64,000 nucleotides of DNA, from contig OZ024743.1 in NCBI GenBank assembly GCA_964016885.1, positions 11,346,001 to 11,410,000 on the forward strand, read 5' to 3'. Under the pieces are notes generated by a model. The model was given only the letters and a program-made list of their open reading frames with translations, made no database searches and was not told the origin of the DNA. This stretch comes from Eledone cirrhosa (Eukaryota). This document shows, piece by piece, positions 42,570 through 56,305 of this stretch; the first letter of the stretch is position 1; each line of letters starts with the position of its first letter. A program made the position numbers and the translations under genes.

Positions 42570-43010
42570 CTAAGTTATTTATAGCAACCAACGCTTCTTT
42601 ATCTGATCTTCCTATATTTTCTGTGAACTAGATCACTCCGAAACTTTGAGCTTTGCCCTGGCAGACAGAATAGAGACGGTTTTTCCTCGAAGGATGGTGA
42701 GGGAGATATGTTGGAAAAGCCATTCCAGCTCGCAGGGCTCGCACCCGCGGGTAGCCAACTACGCGCCGATGGTGGTGAGTAGGGAGGTGGTCCTAGCCCC
42801 AAGGACACCAGAAGTCTCCACTGCTACGAGTTCAACAGCAAACCTGTCGGAGAGCGACTAATAATTGGAGGGTTTACCCTCCTCGGCACGAAGTGTAGCA
42901 GAGCCTGGATTAGGAGCAGACTGTATCAGGTTGCCACTGAGGGTATTATAATCCTAGATCCCCTTAAAAAGATGGCATGGTCGTTGAATAGGTTTCCTTC
43001 ATTAGCGCTG
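42570..43010 (-). mobile_element. CRE-clade retrotransposon 3' fragment, second copy
   Basis: Homologous to 25165-25350 (VAVETSGVLG..ELEWLFQ..LRG). Shares the 3' motif gttatttatag.aac. Confidence 0.8.
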
Positions 43011-43839
43011 ACCTGGAAGAAATGCCATAGAAATATCACAACTTTAGTTTAATATACATTTTGATATACAGTTAAAATGGGACAGGGACTCCTAGTCGTT
43101 GAGGACCTGAGCTGCATCCCAGTTAATTCATATGTAAATCTGGTATTGACTGGAGTTGATATAATTGATTACAATCCTATAAAGTGGTGTTTCAGTATAA
43201 CTGCAGCCTTAAGCTGGATTAACCATTAAGCAAAATAAGCACATACTTAGGACATCAAGGGAAGAGGGACACCATTTTAGTCAAATTAAATGTATTTGTC
43301 ATTCAAACCTTTTTATTTTTGCCGACTTTATATAGGTGGGGCGGACACCATAATCTTTTAAGTGCTTAGGGTCTCAAACGGAGTTAATCCGGCCTTGCCG
43401 CAGTCCAATGACTGTAACTAATAAGAATAAAATCTTGTGGTTCTTTTCTTCTTATGGAATTGCTACGTATTTTCTTATGGAATTGCTACGTATTTTCAAC
43501 TAAAAATAAACCTCTATAGAAATCATAATAATTTAGCTTTTTAATTTAAACCACACACACACACACACACACACACCAATACGCACATACACATATATAC
43601 AACACACCCTCCGGCAAAATAAAAAAAAACTCAAATAATAAAGATGAAGGGGCTTAGAGAGGGAGTGTAAGGGTGGATGTAGGTGTGTGGTGTCTCCTAG
43701 ACTTCGGGCGCCGACACATTCATGTCAGCTGGTCGTGTAAGCTTTTACATAGTTAGGTTGCATGTCCAGCCGAGCGGATCCGTGACACGAGCTGTGGGAA
43801 TAAACTACTGCGGCAACAACACACTTATCAACGTTTCAT

Positions 43840-43891
<52 letters not shown>

Positions 43892-44067
43892 CCACCCCCA
43901 TTAAGTCTCACACCCTTTCATCAGTAAGTCCCCCACTCACTATTTTTCCTCTGTTTTCTTCCTCTATATCTATTTATCTTCCTTACTTTTTTCTTTCTTT
44001 CATTCTTACCATTTGTATATAATTTCTTTTTTGCTATCAGTATAACTTTCTAATGTGAGTGTACCCC

Positions 44068-44132
<65 letters not shown>

Positions 44133-44271
44133 GTAAACACTTGTGGCGTATATGTGAATATATGTATGTGTCGTCTCTACCAGTATGCATCTATACATAG
44201 CTTAGCTTGATACTTGTGTCGTATTTAATTAATTGAATTATTAAAGACTGGCCACCAGGGTTGCGTCGTAT

Positions 44272-44330
<59 letters not shown>

Positions 44331-44331
44331 T

Positions 44332-44400
<69 letters not shown>

Positions 44401-44403
<3 letters not shown>

Positions 44404-44458
44404 ATCCACTATACTACCCTAAGTATTGAGTACTCTGGTGCGGTATGGTCCACCTGGT
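44401..44458 (+). mobile_element. Tail-only fragment of PLE family C
   Basis: ccactatactaccctaagtattgagtactctggtgcggtatggtccacctggt lies directly after (TA)n. Confidence 0.75.
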
Positions 44459-44689
44459 ATATACATACATATACGCACAAACAAATACATATGTACATAC
44501 ATACATACATTATACGTACACACAGATATGCATGTAAATGTCAGTCCCTTTTGCTTGTTTCATCCTGGTACTTATTTTGTAGCTATTTGTCGAATTGCTG
44601 ATTTACGGTACATAACAAAATTACAGAAGTTTTTTATGGTGTAAACATAAACATACACGTGCAATCGTGTGTGTATGTATGAATCTCCT

Positions 44690-46235
44690 TTCGGAAGATA
44701 TATGTCCACTGGTTCTTCCAGAAACTTAATCTGGTTTCAGAGCAGGAAGGGGAACAGTGGATATGATCTTCTCGGCTAGACAGCTGCAGGAAAGGTGCAT
44801 AAAAGAGCACACGCCTTTGTATCAAGTTTTTATCGATTTGACTAAGGGTTTATGCAGATCTTCAAACAACTATATCGAGGTATGATGACCAGGGTTATAT
44901 TTAATGGAAAATTATCTGAATAAATTTCTCTGGACAACGCTCTGAAGCAAGGGGACATTCCTGCTCCAACACTATTTGCAATATACTTTGACATACTTCT
45001 TGCTTATGCATTCGACAACTGTAATTGGGGTATCAACCTGTGTTTCCGAACATCCGAGCAAGTCTTTGATTTAAAGGAGATTTAATAATAAATTTATGAC
45101 ATTCAATGTTTTCATTTGAGAACTTTTGTTGTGTGCTGAGGATACGGATTTTGTTACCCATTCAGAATCAGACATGGAGTTCACGATGGATAAATTTGCT
45201 GAGGCATGTGCTCTTTTGGGGCTCACTGTAAACTTTACTAAGATCAATGTGATGTACACTCCAGAACCAGGAGAACCTGTTGTGGCAAAAGTGTTTGTGT
45301 ATCTGGGTAGTACTTTGTGAAGAGACGGTAGTTTACTTGCAGAAATACATCTTCAATTACAGAAGGCAAGCACTACATTTGGGAAATTAGTGAAAAGAGT
45401 GTGATCAGATAGAGGAATGACATTAAGGACAAAAATAACTGTGTATGAGGCACGTATGATTACAGTTTTGTTGTATGAGTGTAAAGTATGTACCGATCAT
45501 CAGCGGAATTTCAGGATACTTGAAAGATTCTACTAAAAGTGCCTTCGGTAGATCCTAGGTATTAATTGCAGAAGCATGACACTTGATACTGAAGTTTTAC
45601 AAAGATTGGGATGCTGTACAATCAGTTCCCTTGTCATTATGAGTCAGATGTGTTGGGTAAGGCATCTTGTTTGCATGAATGACTCAAGGCTTCCAAAGGA
45701 AATCTTTTACGGTTAGCTTGTGCAAAGAAAAAGACCACGGCATAGACCTAAGAAACGGTACAAAGTTCGTATTAAGGAAAATATAAACTGTCTGGATTTA
45801 GTTATAAATCAATGGAAAAAAGCAACCTATTGATCGTATTACACAAAGAGAGACAATTAAATCAGGGTGCCGACAATTGTATGAAACAAAAACGCAAAAG
45901 ATGACTTAAAACGGGCAGTAAGAAAAGATGAATTGGTAGGGCTTGGAAATGTTGATTATTGGAATTGCAATTTCTTTTACCGTGTCCTTTCTAAAGCCAG
46001 TTTTGTAAACCATATGAAAACGCAAAAACAGGCAATGACACAGGCAGACTATGTTGCAAAGCTCTCTGCACCTCCAGATGTGACTACTTGTCAAATTTGT
46101 AGAAATATATATAAGATAATCTCTGGGTTAAAGGGCCTTACCCTTCGTCAGCTGTTTACTACGGGCCATAGATGTTTCGGCGCATTATAAACAGAACATC
46201 GATCCATAGCGCGCCCATGGCCTTTTATCTATCAA
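44690..46235 (+). mobile_element. RTE (BovB-like) LINE, decayed RT and 3' end
   Basis: SGFRAGRGTVDMIFSARQLQE, FIDLTK, KQGDIPAPTLF, degenerate YADD region and FVYLGS. Many stops. Confidence 0.92.
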
Positions 46236-46897
46236 AAAGCAATATATATATATATATATATAATATATATATATAACGTGTGTTTGTGGAACGCGTTCTG
46301 AGCTCATGCAGAGTAGCTCTAGCCCAGGGTAGATACACGTAGAGACACAGTCAAATGTTGAAGGAGATCGTATATGTGAGAAGTACGGCAAAAGTAAAAC
46401 CCGTAGTACGAAATCTCAGGTTCATCAACATGAAATTCCACACCCTCATTCAATACACTGTACATACATAGTACATACATAGATAGATAGGTAGGTAATT
46501 AGGTAGAAGGTAGGTATCTACTTGTGTGGTAGGTGGGTGAGTGTGAAGATAGGTAGGCAAGTAGATAGGTAGAATAAAGTCATTCAAATTTAGTGGAGGT
46601 ATGTTTAATAACAAGTAAAGAAAATTATTATAAGTGATTTAAATGAATGTAAAATGAAATAAGACGATGACTGAAGTGACAGGAGTAAATTCAACCATCT
46701 TTACACAGAACAAGGAGTTATTACATCAGATGTGTAACTGTAATGCACGCCATCTTGACGGTTATGATGTTAGTATACATATGTGTGTGTGTGTTTGCGT
46801 GTGTACATTCTTGTGTAAGATATATATATATATATATATAATGTGTAAATGATTATATATATGTGTGTGTGTGTTTGCGTGTGTACATTCTTGTGTA

Positions 46898-46958
<61 letters not shown>

Positions 46959-47259
46959 GTGTAAATGATTATATATATGTGTGTGTATATATATATACCA
47001 TTACGAATCGACGTAATATTGTGGTAAATGATTCTTGCCCAAGATTTCACGCTATGGGATCGAACCCAGAACCTAATGTTTACAAAACAAACTGTTTTTA
47101 CCATCTGATGGATAACGTTGAAATAATTCCACCGCGTTTATTCATGGTCTTTACAGGTTAATTCTATTTTATATTTAAAGTTGCACGAAGAAATTATAAT
47201 GACGCAGTGAGTTATATACATATAGAGAGAGAGAGAGATAAATGTGTGTGTGTGTGTGT

Positions 47260-47522
47260 CTAGGTAAAATAGGTAAAAGGTAAACAGAAATAACAAAAAT
47301 AACAAAACAAACAGCACAGTACATTGAAGCAATATATTAGTTTAACGCTTGAAATAGCAGGAAGAGAGACTTAATATTTCGGACACTAGTCCTTCATCGG
47401 AAGATAGCGTTAGAAATAGAAAATAAATAGAAAGTAAAGAGTGATAGGATGAAGGACCGGGTAAAAATGAGAAAAAAGATTGGGAAGAAAAGAACCACGC
47501 GTCCGTATTCAGTCGGCTATCT
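47260..47522 (-). mobile_element. PLE 3' terminus with minimal hammerhead, family E
   Basis: Reverse complement ctt-CCGATGA-a-ggac-tagt-gtcc-GAAA-tatta-ag at ~47370-47403, preceded by a pyrimidine-rich stretch and ending in a microsatellite. Confidence 0.7.
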
Positions 47523-47574
47523 TAGAGAGAGAGGGGGGACAGAGAGAGAGGGGGGACAGAGAGAGAGGGGGGGT

Positions 47575-47744
47575 GTAAATTCCGCCCGCGGCGCCGAGTG
47601 GTTTTGACTTATGTGTTCTCAACACACAGCCGAAACCGCCTGGCGCCGCGGTCGGGATTTTACTTATATCTATACCCACTCTGCATCTCCCCATGCATTG
47701 AGTACTCCCATGGTTTGTGGTCTCCCCGGTTCAGCACCACAGAC

Positions 47745-47745
<1 letters not shown>
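47575..47745 (+). mobile_element. PLE hairpin + tail insertion, family F
   Basis: Inverted arms centred on tgtgtt-ctc-aacaca, GAAAC-cgc..gcg-GTC, tail acccactctgc..gcattgagtact..ggttc..accaca. Confidence 0.7.
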
Positions 47746-47784
<39 letters not shown>

Positions 47785-47785
<1 letters not shown>

Positions 47786-47975
47786 ACAAAGGAGTTGTGG
47801 TAAGGAACCAGATGGACCATAACGCAACAGAGTACTCAATACTTAGGGTAATAGGAAAATGTATGGCCCCGACGGCAGAGCTCAAGCCATTTCGACGGCT
47901 ATTTCTGGACTCAGTCCAGAAATAACCGTCGAAACGGCTTGTGAGCTCTGCCGTCGGGGTCATACATTTTCCTAT
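47785..47975 (-). mobile_element. PLE hairpin + tail insertion, family C
   Basis: Near-perfect palindrome ~47850-47975 centred on ctggactcagtccag, with the tail on the left. Confidence 0.8.
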
Positions 47976-47991
47976 ATCTATATATATATAT

Positions 47992-48185
47992 GAAAATGTT
48001 TAACCCCGACGGCGGAGCTCAAGCCGTTTCGACGGCTATTTCTGAACTGTTTTAGTCCAGAAAATAGCCGGCTTGAGCTTTGCCGTCGGGGTTAAACATT
48101 TTCCTATTACCCACTCTACTACCCTAAGTATTGAGTACTCTGGTGCGTTATGGTCCATCTGGTTCCTTACCACACTTCCTTCGTT
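47992..48185 (+). mobile_element. PLE hairpin + tail insertion, family C
   Basis: Palindrome 47992-48103 with a small deletion in the right arm. The tail matches 7693-7770. Confidence 0.8.
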
Positions 48186-49284
48186 ATATATATATATATA
48201 TAAACGACAGAAAGTATTTATTCATTCAAGTAAACGTTCCTATTAAAATAATGGTAAGATTGGATGTGTAAGTTAAGAACTAATAGTTGTGGCTATAAAA
48301 ATGGACCACGTAAGATCATGTGGAGGTCAGATAAATAACAATTGCCATATCTAATCGGTGCCAGCTTGTATAAAGTGGTATTGAAGTATCTACGAGAAGG
48401 GGAGAAAAATGACAACTTTGAATATTTTAGTGATAGAGTCTATATATAATTAAGATAGCTATCTATCATCAAGTAAATCTTAGTGATATCCTTAAACTTA
48501 GTAATATCTTAAGTTTCCATTGAAATTCTCTCGCCACAGAGAATCTGACTACTGTAACATAATGCAATATAACTACCGTTTTTAATATGATGAAAATTAG
48601 ATGTGAAAACCTATGCGGGAGATTTATCGTTTTTTAAGTAGACAGAATAAATTCTGTCTCAGTTTACGACTGACTTTTCTACTCATTCAAGTGCTAAACA
48701 AATGATGCCGAAGGAGAGCACCATAAATTCTTCCCTGATCTTTTGACACAGACATTTTGTCGCACGGTTAATGTTGACACCCAACAGAGGTAGCATCTTA
48801 ACCAGTTCTCAAATGTTTGGTATCCCTTCTAAGAAATGAATAAGATATCTCGCGTGTCGGGCGCAAAAAATATATATTATTGCCTTTCGTTTGTGACAGA
48901 ATTAAAAAATAAAAGACATTCTTCACGAAGAAATATTATTGAAAAGGACGTCCACTTGGATTCTCCCTCTCTCCTCTTTCCCCTCTATGTGCCTTTCTAT
49001 CTCTATCTTTTACTCCCATAAAGAAAGATATCTCTATCTTTTACTACCTCTATCTCTCTTTCTCTCGCCCTTTTTTCTCTTAAGTCAATGTTACGTTTAT
49101 AAATAAGTAATTCCTGTCTGCTTTGGAATACCCAAATTGTTTAGTCAACAACGAATGCATTTATAGCAAACAAAATTATCAGAAACATACTTAAGATGAT
49201 TTTTTAAGAAATTATTCTTCTCATCAACGATGTGTTATGCAACTACTGCAAACATTAAATACGTAAATATATCGAGTAAATGTA

Positions 49285-49838
49285 GTCAGACGATTGTGCT
49301 TAGGCCATTCAGTAAGCTCTCTTGGCACCCACCTCTCACAGACTTTAGGGATGCTAAGCTTGTCGTGGGTGACTTCGTACGCAGAACCATGACTAATTTG
49401 CAGAGAATATGCTACCTCATCGATGGTATTGTCGATTCACCATCACCATCTCTTGAGCTTGTTGAATCTTTGTCGTGGGTGGAGGTTGATGAGCTTCCTG
49501 TTCGCTTTTCGTACTTCACAGTTGTCCAAACTATTTGTAAACGATCCTCCTATACACACATCTACATGGCAAAGCGCTGTCCCCGTATTGTACTGAAAGC
49601 CTGCGATAAATTCCAGCCCCTGACACACCTTCAGACCAGAGAAAACGGATCACTGATCTCTGTTCTTCCTTGGTGCACACTGTAACATAAGAAAGAAAAT
49701 TGAAATGATCAAGGCCAAACCTCGGTTACGTAATCACAAGTGTGATGCTACCTTTTAGCACACGAGCGCCGAAGGAAGTGTGGCGAACCTGAAGAAAGTA
49801 TTCGTGACAGTGCAGATAATCTTTTACTTCCCCTCTTG
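49285..49838 (-). mobile_element. Mariner transposon 5' fragment with left TIR
   Basis: Minus strand CTKEEQRSVIRFLWSEGVSGAGIYRRLSVQYGDSAL...ISHGSAYEVTHDKL..KVCERWVPRELT (the WVPHEL-type motif). TIR-like end gaggggaagtaaaagattatc. Confidence 0.9.
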
Positions 49839-49908
49839 TGTGCGTATATATATATATATATATACACACATACACACACACATATATATATATAGTAATA
49901 ATAATAAT

Positions 49909-49951
<43 letters not shown>

Positions 49952-49954
<3 letters not shown>

Positions 49955-50049
49955 GTTTCTACTTTTGGCACAAGGCCAGCAATTACCCAGTGTATTACTG
50001 GTACTTTATTTTATCGACCCCGTAAGGATGAAAGGCAAAGTTAACCTCG
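49952..50049 (-). mobile_element. Young SINE subfamily copy; a further truncated copy on + at 50515-50595
   Basis: Near-identity to 20011-20129. Confidence 0.88.
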
Positions 50050-50831
50050 TGTATATATATAGTAATAATAATATATATACACATACATATAGTAGCATAA
50101 TACCATCCAAAATGACGATGTGTGTAGTAAAAATATATATAATTTAATACTTCCTTGATTACAACTTTCTATGTGAAGATACTTCTTAGAATATATTAGC
50201 TGCAACATCCAATCTTGCCCAGAATCCAATTTCTTTTCGATATATGATGAAGGAAACATGAAATTGGATAAAGAAAATAAAAATCTCAAGCCTCCGGTTA
50301 CTTCCGAAATGTTAGCCTTAAACCTAACACTAAACATAAACCTTAACACTGAAACCTAAATTTTCGCCCAACCTAATATATTTTGCTATATATACGTGTG
50401 TGTGTGTGTGTGGGGGGGGGGGGGGGTTACACAACAGTTTTAAATAATCCAGAAAAGTAAGTGATTCAGTGCCACGGTGTACTGTAGAGTATGTATTTCA
50501 TTTTAAGTATTCAATCCTTACGGGGTCGATAAAATAAAGTACCAGTAATACACTGAGTAATTGCTGGCCTTGTGCCTAACGTAGAAACAATTATTGTATG
50601 AGGATATCAGAGATTTCGTTATACTTCTATAAAAATAAAGAGCTTTATACAGCAAATGAAAATTTCATTGGAACTTAAAGAAGAATTTTAAAACTTTTCA
50701 CAATTCAAAGAACCTTTTTCCATCAAACAGAATAAACCTATAGGCATTTATGTAAAGTTATTTGTAATAGTTTCGGGCATCAACCTTTAGCATTGAGAGT
50801 TAAACCAATCCCCTAACTGTACCCACTGCAT

Positions 50832-51666
50832 CATCATCATCACTCGTCGACTACTGTCGAGATGATGGATCTCACTCTCATGCCCCAGAATTCCCTGTCC
50901 CCCATCGCTGCCCCCAGGTCCTGTCTACTGATTCCCGTATCCCTAGAGATAACGTCAGGGAATGACAGCCTCCTACTCCTAGTCAGGCTGGAGTCAGGGT
51001 TCCAGAGCAAGATAGCGGATATGATTTCATTGCTGGCACGGTGACAGTGGCCAGCAAATTGAGCTCTCCGGGATTTTAGAAGGGCAGAGGCTCGAGGGAG
51101 TTTGCCATAGATTTTAGACAAGGTGGGATGTCGTTTCCAGGATAGGTTTTGCACTCTCATTAAGAGGCGGGTATATGTGCCATCCAATCTCCTCTCAAGT
51201 TGTGATGTTAGTGTCCAAGTTTCGGATCCATAAAGTAATATGGGCTTAATGGTTGCTTGGAATATTTCCAGTTTTAGCTTGTTGGTAAGTTGAGATATCC
51301 ATATGGCGTGCATGTCATTGGACGCTGACCATGCCATACCCTTCCTGGTTAGAAAATCTTTTTTGGAGGAGGAGATATATGAGCCAAGATACTTGTAATC
51401 TTCCACCTGCTTAAGGGTGGTACCATTAAGGGTTCTGATGGGGTAGTTTGGGCTGTTTGCGCATCTGTTCACATACTCAGTCTTGGATTCGTTGAGGTAC
51501 AGTCCAACACAGTTGGACGCTTGCTCTAATGACTTCAAAAGACTCTCAGCATTTTCCAGTGACCGACTGATCAATGCGATGTCGTCAGCAAAGTCGGTGT
51601 CGGTCAAGTATTTTGCTGGGTAGCGTGAGCTTCTCCTAGGCTGTAGTTGGTATACCAACTACAGCC
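50832..51666 (-). mobile_element. Young 5'-truncated RTE LINE (RT C-terminal half, uninterrupted 272-codon frame)
   Basis: DFADDIAL, YKYLGS, LLYGSETW and FAGHC motifs, (GAT)n tail, 12-bp TSD tacccactgcat at 50820-50831 and 51667-51678. Confidence 0.95.
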
Positions 51667-52645
51667 TACCCACTGCATAGTGACAAAGGATTCACCCTCC
51701 TGGACTACAGTAAGGGCCAGGTATAGCAATAGTTTAGGATTCTACGCTTCACATCTTTTCAATATCCTGCTGTCGCTAATCCCATTCAATATTCGTATGG
51801 GAGCTCATAAATTCAGCTGAGATAGTGGGTTTGTATCTACTGTTAGAGTTAAAAGAGAAAGTTCAAATGTTAGGTGATCTATAGCGAGATGCTTCTTTCG
51901 AATCAATTTCACTTCACAAAAGATGGCTGGGAAAAAAAAGAACGCACATTCTTTCTTTAAACATTACTGTAACATTTCTTAGACACTACCATAAATATGA
52001 ACAATTAATGATTTTATTCAACTTCAGATGCAAAACCAAATACTAGCCTTACAAATATAGTGTGAACTATCGTTTATTTTTAGTTTTTATTATAAGTATT
52101 ACATTCTTAATATATTTTATTTGTAATGTTTATATTTTATTCTTTATCAAAGTTTTTATCATCATTAATGTAAATTTGATATCTTCATGATTGCAATTAC
52201 CCTATATAGATCTTATTTGTTTAATATATACATGCATGTACTGTATATATATATATATAGACATCTGTATATATATATATATGAACCTATTTCTGTGCGG
52301 GTTTACAGGCAGGTGTGTATGTGTCAACGTGGCTACATATATATGTATATATTTGCATCATTTCATTTGTTGTTCACCATTATGCAGGGATATTTTATGA
52401 AATCATTCTTAATACCGTTAACAATCATAAACTATATATTATAATATCATGATTACTTTTTTATCTTTACCACCTACATCATAATATCTTTCTATTATTC
52501 AAACTTTAAAGAAATTTTAAATTCAATTCCTAATTAAAATTAACATAAATTCTACTGTAATTTTTGTTATTGTCAAATTTAAATTGCGAATTATTTATAT
52601 AAATGGCCAGTTTTACAATGTTAATTATTTGTATAAATAATTTAA

Positions 52646-52856
52646 CCCTTTAGAATTTAAACCGGCTGTATCCGGCCAGAATTCTCTCATCCATTTCTGT
52701 TCAAATCCGCTGTAACCAGCCATTCATACTGATGTTAAGGTATTCTTATCAAAATAAATAATATCATAATCTCATAGATTCGATATTATGTGAGATAATA
52801 AAGTGTTTACCACAAAAGTACAATAGTAAATATAAAGTATTGTAAATACTAAAGGG
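52646..52856. mobile_element. piggyBac-type MITE
   Basis: TTAA TSD on both sides, TIRs ccctttagaattta and taaatactaaaggg. Confidence 0.85.
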
Positions 52857-53398
52857 TTAAAATAAAGTTGGTCTCATAGACACACACATTCCAAACCAAA
52901 TAAATACACAATGGTCGATCTCTGTCAACACTATATATATTTTGTATCCCTCGTGAGAGGGATACGCAATGACATAGTATTCCTATCTTCTCTCTATTTT
53001 CCTCTCCCTTTCTTTTCCTCTTTTTTCCCGCTGATTCCTTCTCGCTTTCATTGCTTTCTTTCCCTGTTTTTAGAACCTATGTATAAATAAGCACACTCCT
53101 TTGTGAATATGTGTGAGTGAGTAATGTTGCAAGACACAAATAACTATTCGCTTGACCTCTCCCTCTCTTTCCCTCACATTCTTCTCAACACATCCTGGTC
53201 AGAAGGTGACCTGTGAATTCAGCAAATCGTTTGTTCCTATCTTTTTGACGTCAGGTTTTCTCAACACCCAGCTGTTCCTGCCTAAGATATTCCAGTGTAA
53301 TAGGCTACTGAATCACCTTCAATAATAAACTACTGTAGTATAGACTATTGTGGAATTGAGAAGTTTTTCTCTCATTTGTTAACAGCACACACACACAC

Positions 53399-53451
<53 letters not shown>

Positions 53452-53454
<3 letters not shown>

Positions 53455-53515
53455 TTGTCCCCCGGTATTCGGGGGTGTTACGTTCCTAGAGCACCCGCGA
53501 AGAGTCAGGCGAAAC
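53452..53515. mobile_element. Solo Tigger-like TIR
   Basis: TA-cagttgtcccccggtattcgggggtgttacgttcc..cccgcgaa. Confidence 0.5.
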
Positions 53516-53560
53516 TCCAGCAAGACTCAGTATTCAGCCTGAATAAAGTGAATATATATT

Positions 53561-53606
<46 letters not shown>

Positions 53607-54268
53607 CAGAGAGAGAGGAAGAGTCCAAGAGAGAGGGAGAGAGAGGGTTCGCAAAAATGGCTATAGACACGGTAAAAATCAGACAGGTATACAGGGACAA
53701 CTAAGTGACATAGATTAGCACATAGACGGCTCAAAAATAGTAGCATGGAAGGGAGAAAACTATTTTTGGTGATCATCTGTGAAAATGGACTTGAACAGTT
53801 TCAACCTCTGTGTTTTTGCCTTTAATGACAAGAGGTTTGAATGAATTCGTATCTCCTGATGGAGACATTTGGATGTGGTGTATGACGTATCTTGGCCATC
53901 TCTCTTTAGGTCTGAACAAAGCCGATTTCTTTCAGAGCCAGAGAAACAATCGACCCGGTACAGACAACATTTTAGGAGAAGGGATTGCTTCCTCATTAAC
54001 AACTTTTTCTTCGTATTCAGGTGATATGAAAGGAAGAAAGAAATGACATAATGAAAATATATTATATTGTATAGGAGGCATGGGCTCCTAGGTAAAGTTT
54101 CCCCTAAAGCATTCTATCCGACGTTCTAATGACTCGGCTAATTCACCGCATTTCACTGGCCCACTTTATGTATTATGTTACTGAAGCATATCAGAAATTT
54201 AGTAGATCTCGTATTATCAAATAAAACCAAAACTCCATAATAATTATCTTTTATTTTTTCTCTTTTAG

Positions 54269-54339
54269 GTTAAAACAGATTGTTTTATTGCTCTTCTTTC
54301 TTTGTCGGACGATGGCAAGAAGTGCTAAAGGAAAGGACG
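54269..54339 (+). CDS. Signal-peptide exon of a secreted or membrane protein of unknown family
   Basis: Strong acceptor ttttttctcttttag and donor G|gtaagt. Reads (AT)G-LKQIVLLLFFLCRTMARSAKGKD with a phase-1 end. Confidence 0.65.
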
Positions 54340-56305
54340 GTAAGTTGGTCATTCTGAAATGACTAATTCGTTTATGAAATATTGATTTCTAATTTAAACA
54401 CAAAGCCAGCAATTTGGGGGATATGGTAACGTTGATTAAGTCAACCTCAGTGTGTGACTGATACTTTCTTTTATCGACCTTAGTTGAATGAAAGGCGAAG
54501 TTGATCTCGGCGTGATTTGAACTCAGAATGTAAAGAGCCAGAAAAAATAGCGCTATGTCATTTTATCTGATTCACTATCAATTCTGCTACCTCGAAATAA
54601 CTTACTATTGTAAACACATATCTAAAAACTCTTGTTTAAAATAGTACACATCACCTTTTTTACAATGGTTAATAGTTTTATTTCTTGGTTGAAGCTATTT
54701 CACATCACTTAAGCAGTTTGTGCCTCTGAGAAAGCAAAACATCCCAAAATCCAAACTCCTCAAACTAAAATACGGAACCCTCTGCTTGACAAACGAAACA
54801 TTTTAAACAGGGAGTTAAAATAACTATTTTTTATTTTTTATAAGAGGTTGTTGAACTTTAAGTTAATTTTAATCGAGAAAACCTGTGATTAAAAGCATTT
54901 CAGCTGTGACTCTCCTATGTAACGAGTCCATTCGTTTCCAAAGACGGCGGGGTGTGATTTTAAAAGGATTTGGCTGCTACTTTTAGTAAATCAGGTGATG
55001 AAGTAGGAGCTTTTTCGTTGTTTTGTTTTCTCTCTTTCTTTATTCAATTACTGTATGAGCTATAAAATTACAATAAACTTCTCGACAAAATTGAGTTTAC
55101 TACGCAGATTCTCTTCCTAGTTAAGCCATTCCACTTTGTTTATTCTTTCTACTTACGATTTACAGCAATGCTCTATATAGCAGTAGTTAACAACTTTTTT
55201 TTTAATTTTTTTGCTCAAATACTTTCATTTGATCCTGTAAAATCATCAACGCCTCCAACATTACGTTATAAAATATAACTGTAGTACTTTTGGCAGTTTC
55301 ACTTTCCACCATACTCCAATTTTTTTCTAACGCCACTTGAAGGCGGTGTAACAGCTCATTTTGGGCGGGGGAGAAATCCAGTATGCTGACTTGGTCTTGT
55401 AGCATGAAATGAATACGATGACGTCGGTTACGACTCAATAATTACGGAATGTTTTCAGTATTCATATTCAATAAATATCAATAGAATTTACGTTATTGAC
55501 ACTTTCGTAGATAAAAGGCAACCTTATAGCAGGATTTGAATTGCTAGAGCGGCGGACGGGGTGCCATGTGATCATTGTTTTTCGTCGTTCTGTTCCTCAT
55601 CATTACTAAGCAAATGTTAACCGTCACCCAGTTTAACACCTTGGGTGCCATTAGTGGACTGTTTTGAAAATAGGCGCCCTTCCTCATAACCAAACGATAA
55701 TATAAATAATATAAATAGTTGTAGTGCACCTGAGCAGTGTACACAATAATTTCATTATTTTTATTATAATATAAATACATCACAATTTGTTCAAAGCTAT
55801 ATTTTGTTTGCCAACCCTTATTCTCTTTTGTTCAATTCTGTGTTTGTTTCTGCCACTCCACCGACCTTTCGCTATTAGTGTCGATTACTTTCCACAAGGG
55901 ATGCTGCAATGTGCCACCCAAGCTTTGCTCAGTTGTAAGTTGTATATCAACAACGAAAATGAATTGAAATGACTTGAACATGGGTTTTCCTCTGATAATT
56001 GCTGCTCCATGGCGCACTTGATTTCATTTATCCCTTTCGTTACTATCTTTCTTATGAATGACAATGTCTATGGTTTTCAAATAATTTTGAAAATATTCAA
56101 GAATTTAGAGGGATTTATTAATGTAACTTTTTATTTATCAAACCGGTGTTTGGCAAAGGTACCTACATTAAATTATGAATGAAGGCTTTTAGATAAATAA
56201 AACAAAAAACTTTGTATCGTAGAACTCAGGGCGTTTCGGTATCGAATGGATTAAAGGTGCAGCTATATAAAAATGTTTATGTAGATAAATTATTAATATT
56301 GTTTC

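Noticed and set aside
49230-49685. 151-aa + strand ORF
   Set aside because: It is the antisense of a mariner transposase N-terminus.
52943-52966. Small hairpin gtatccctc-gtga-gagggatac
   Set aside because: No hammerhead core or tail motif nearby, and too short to interpret.
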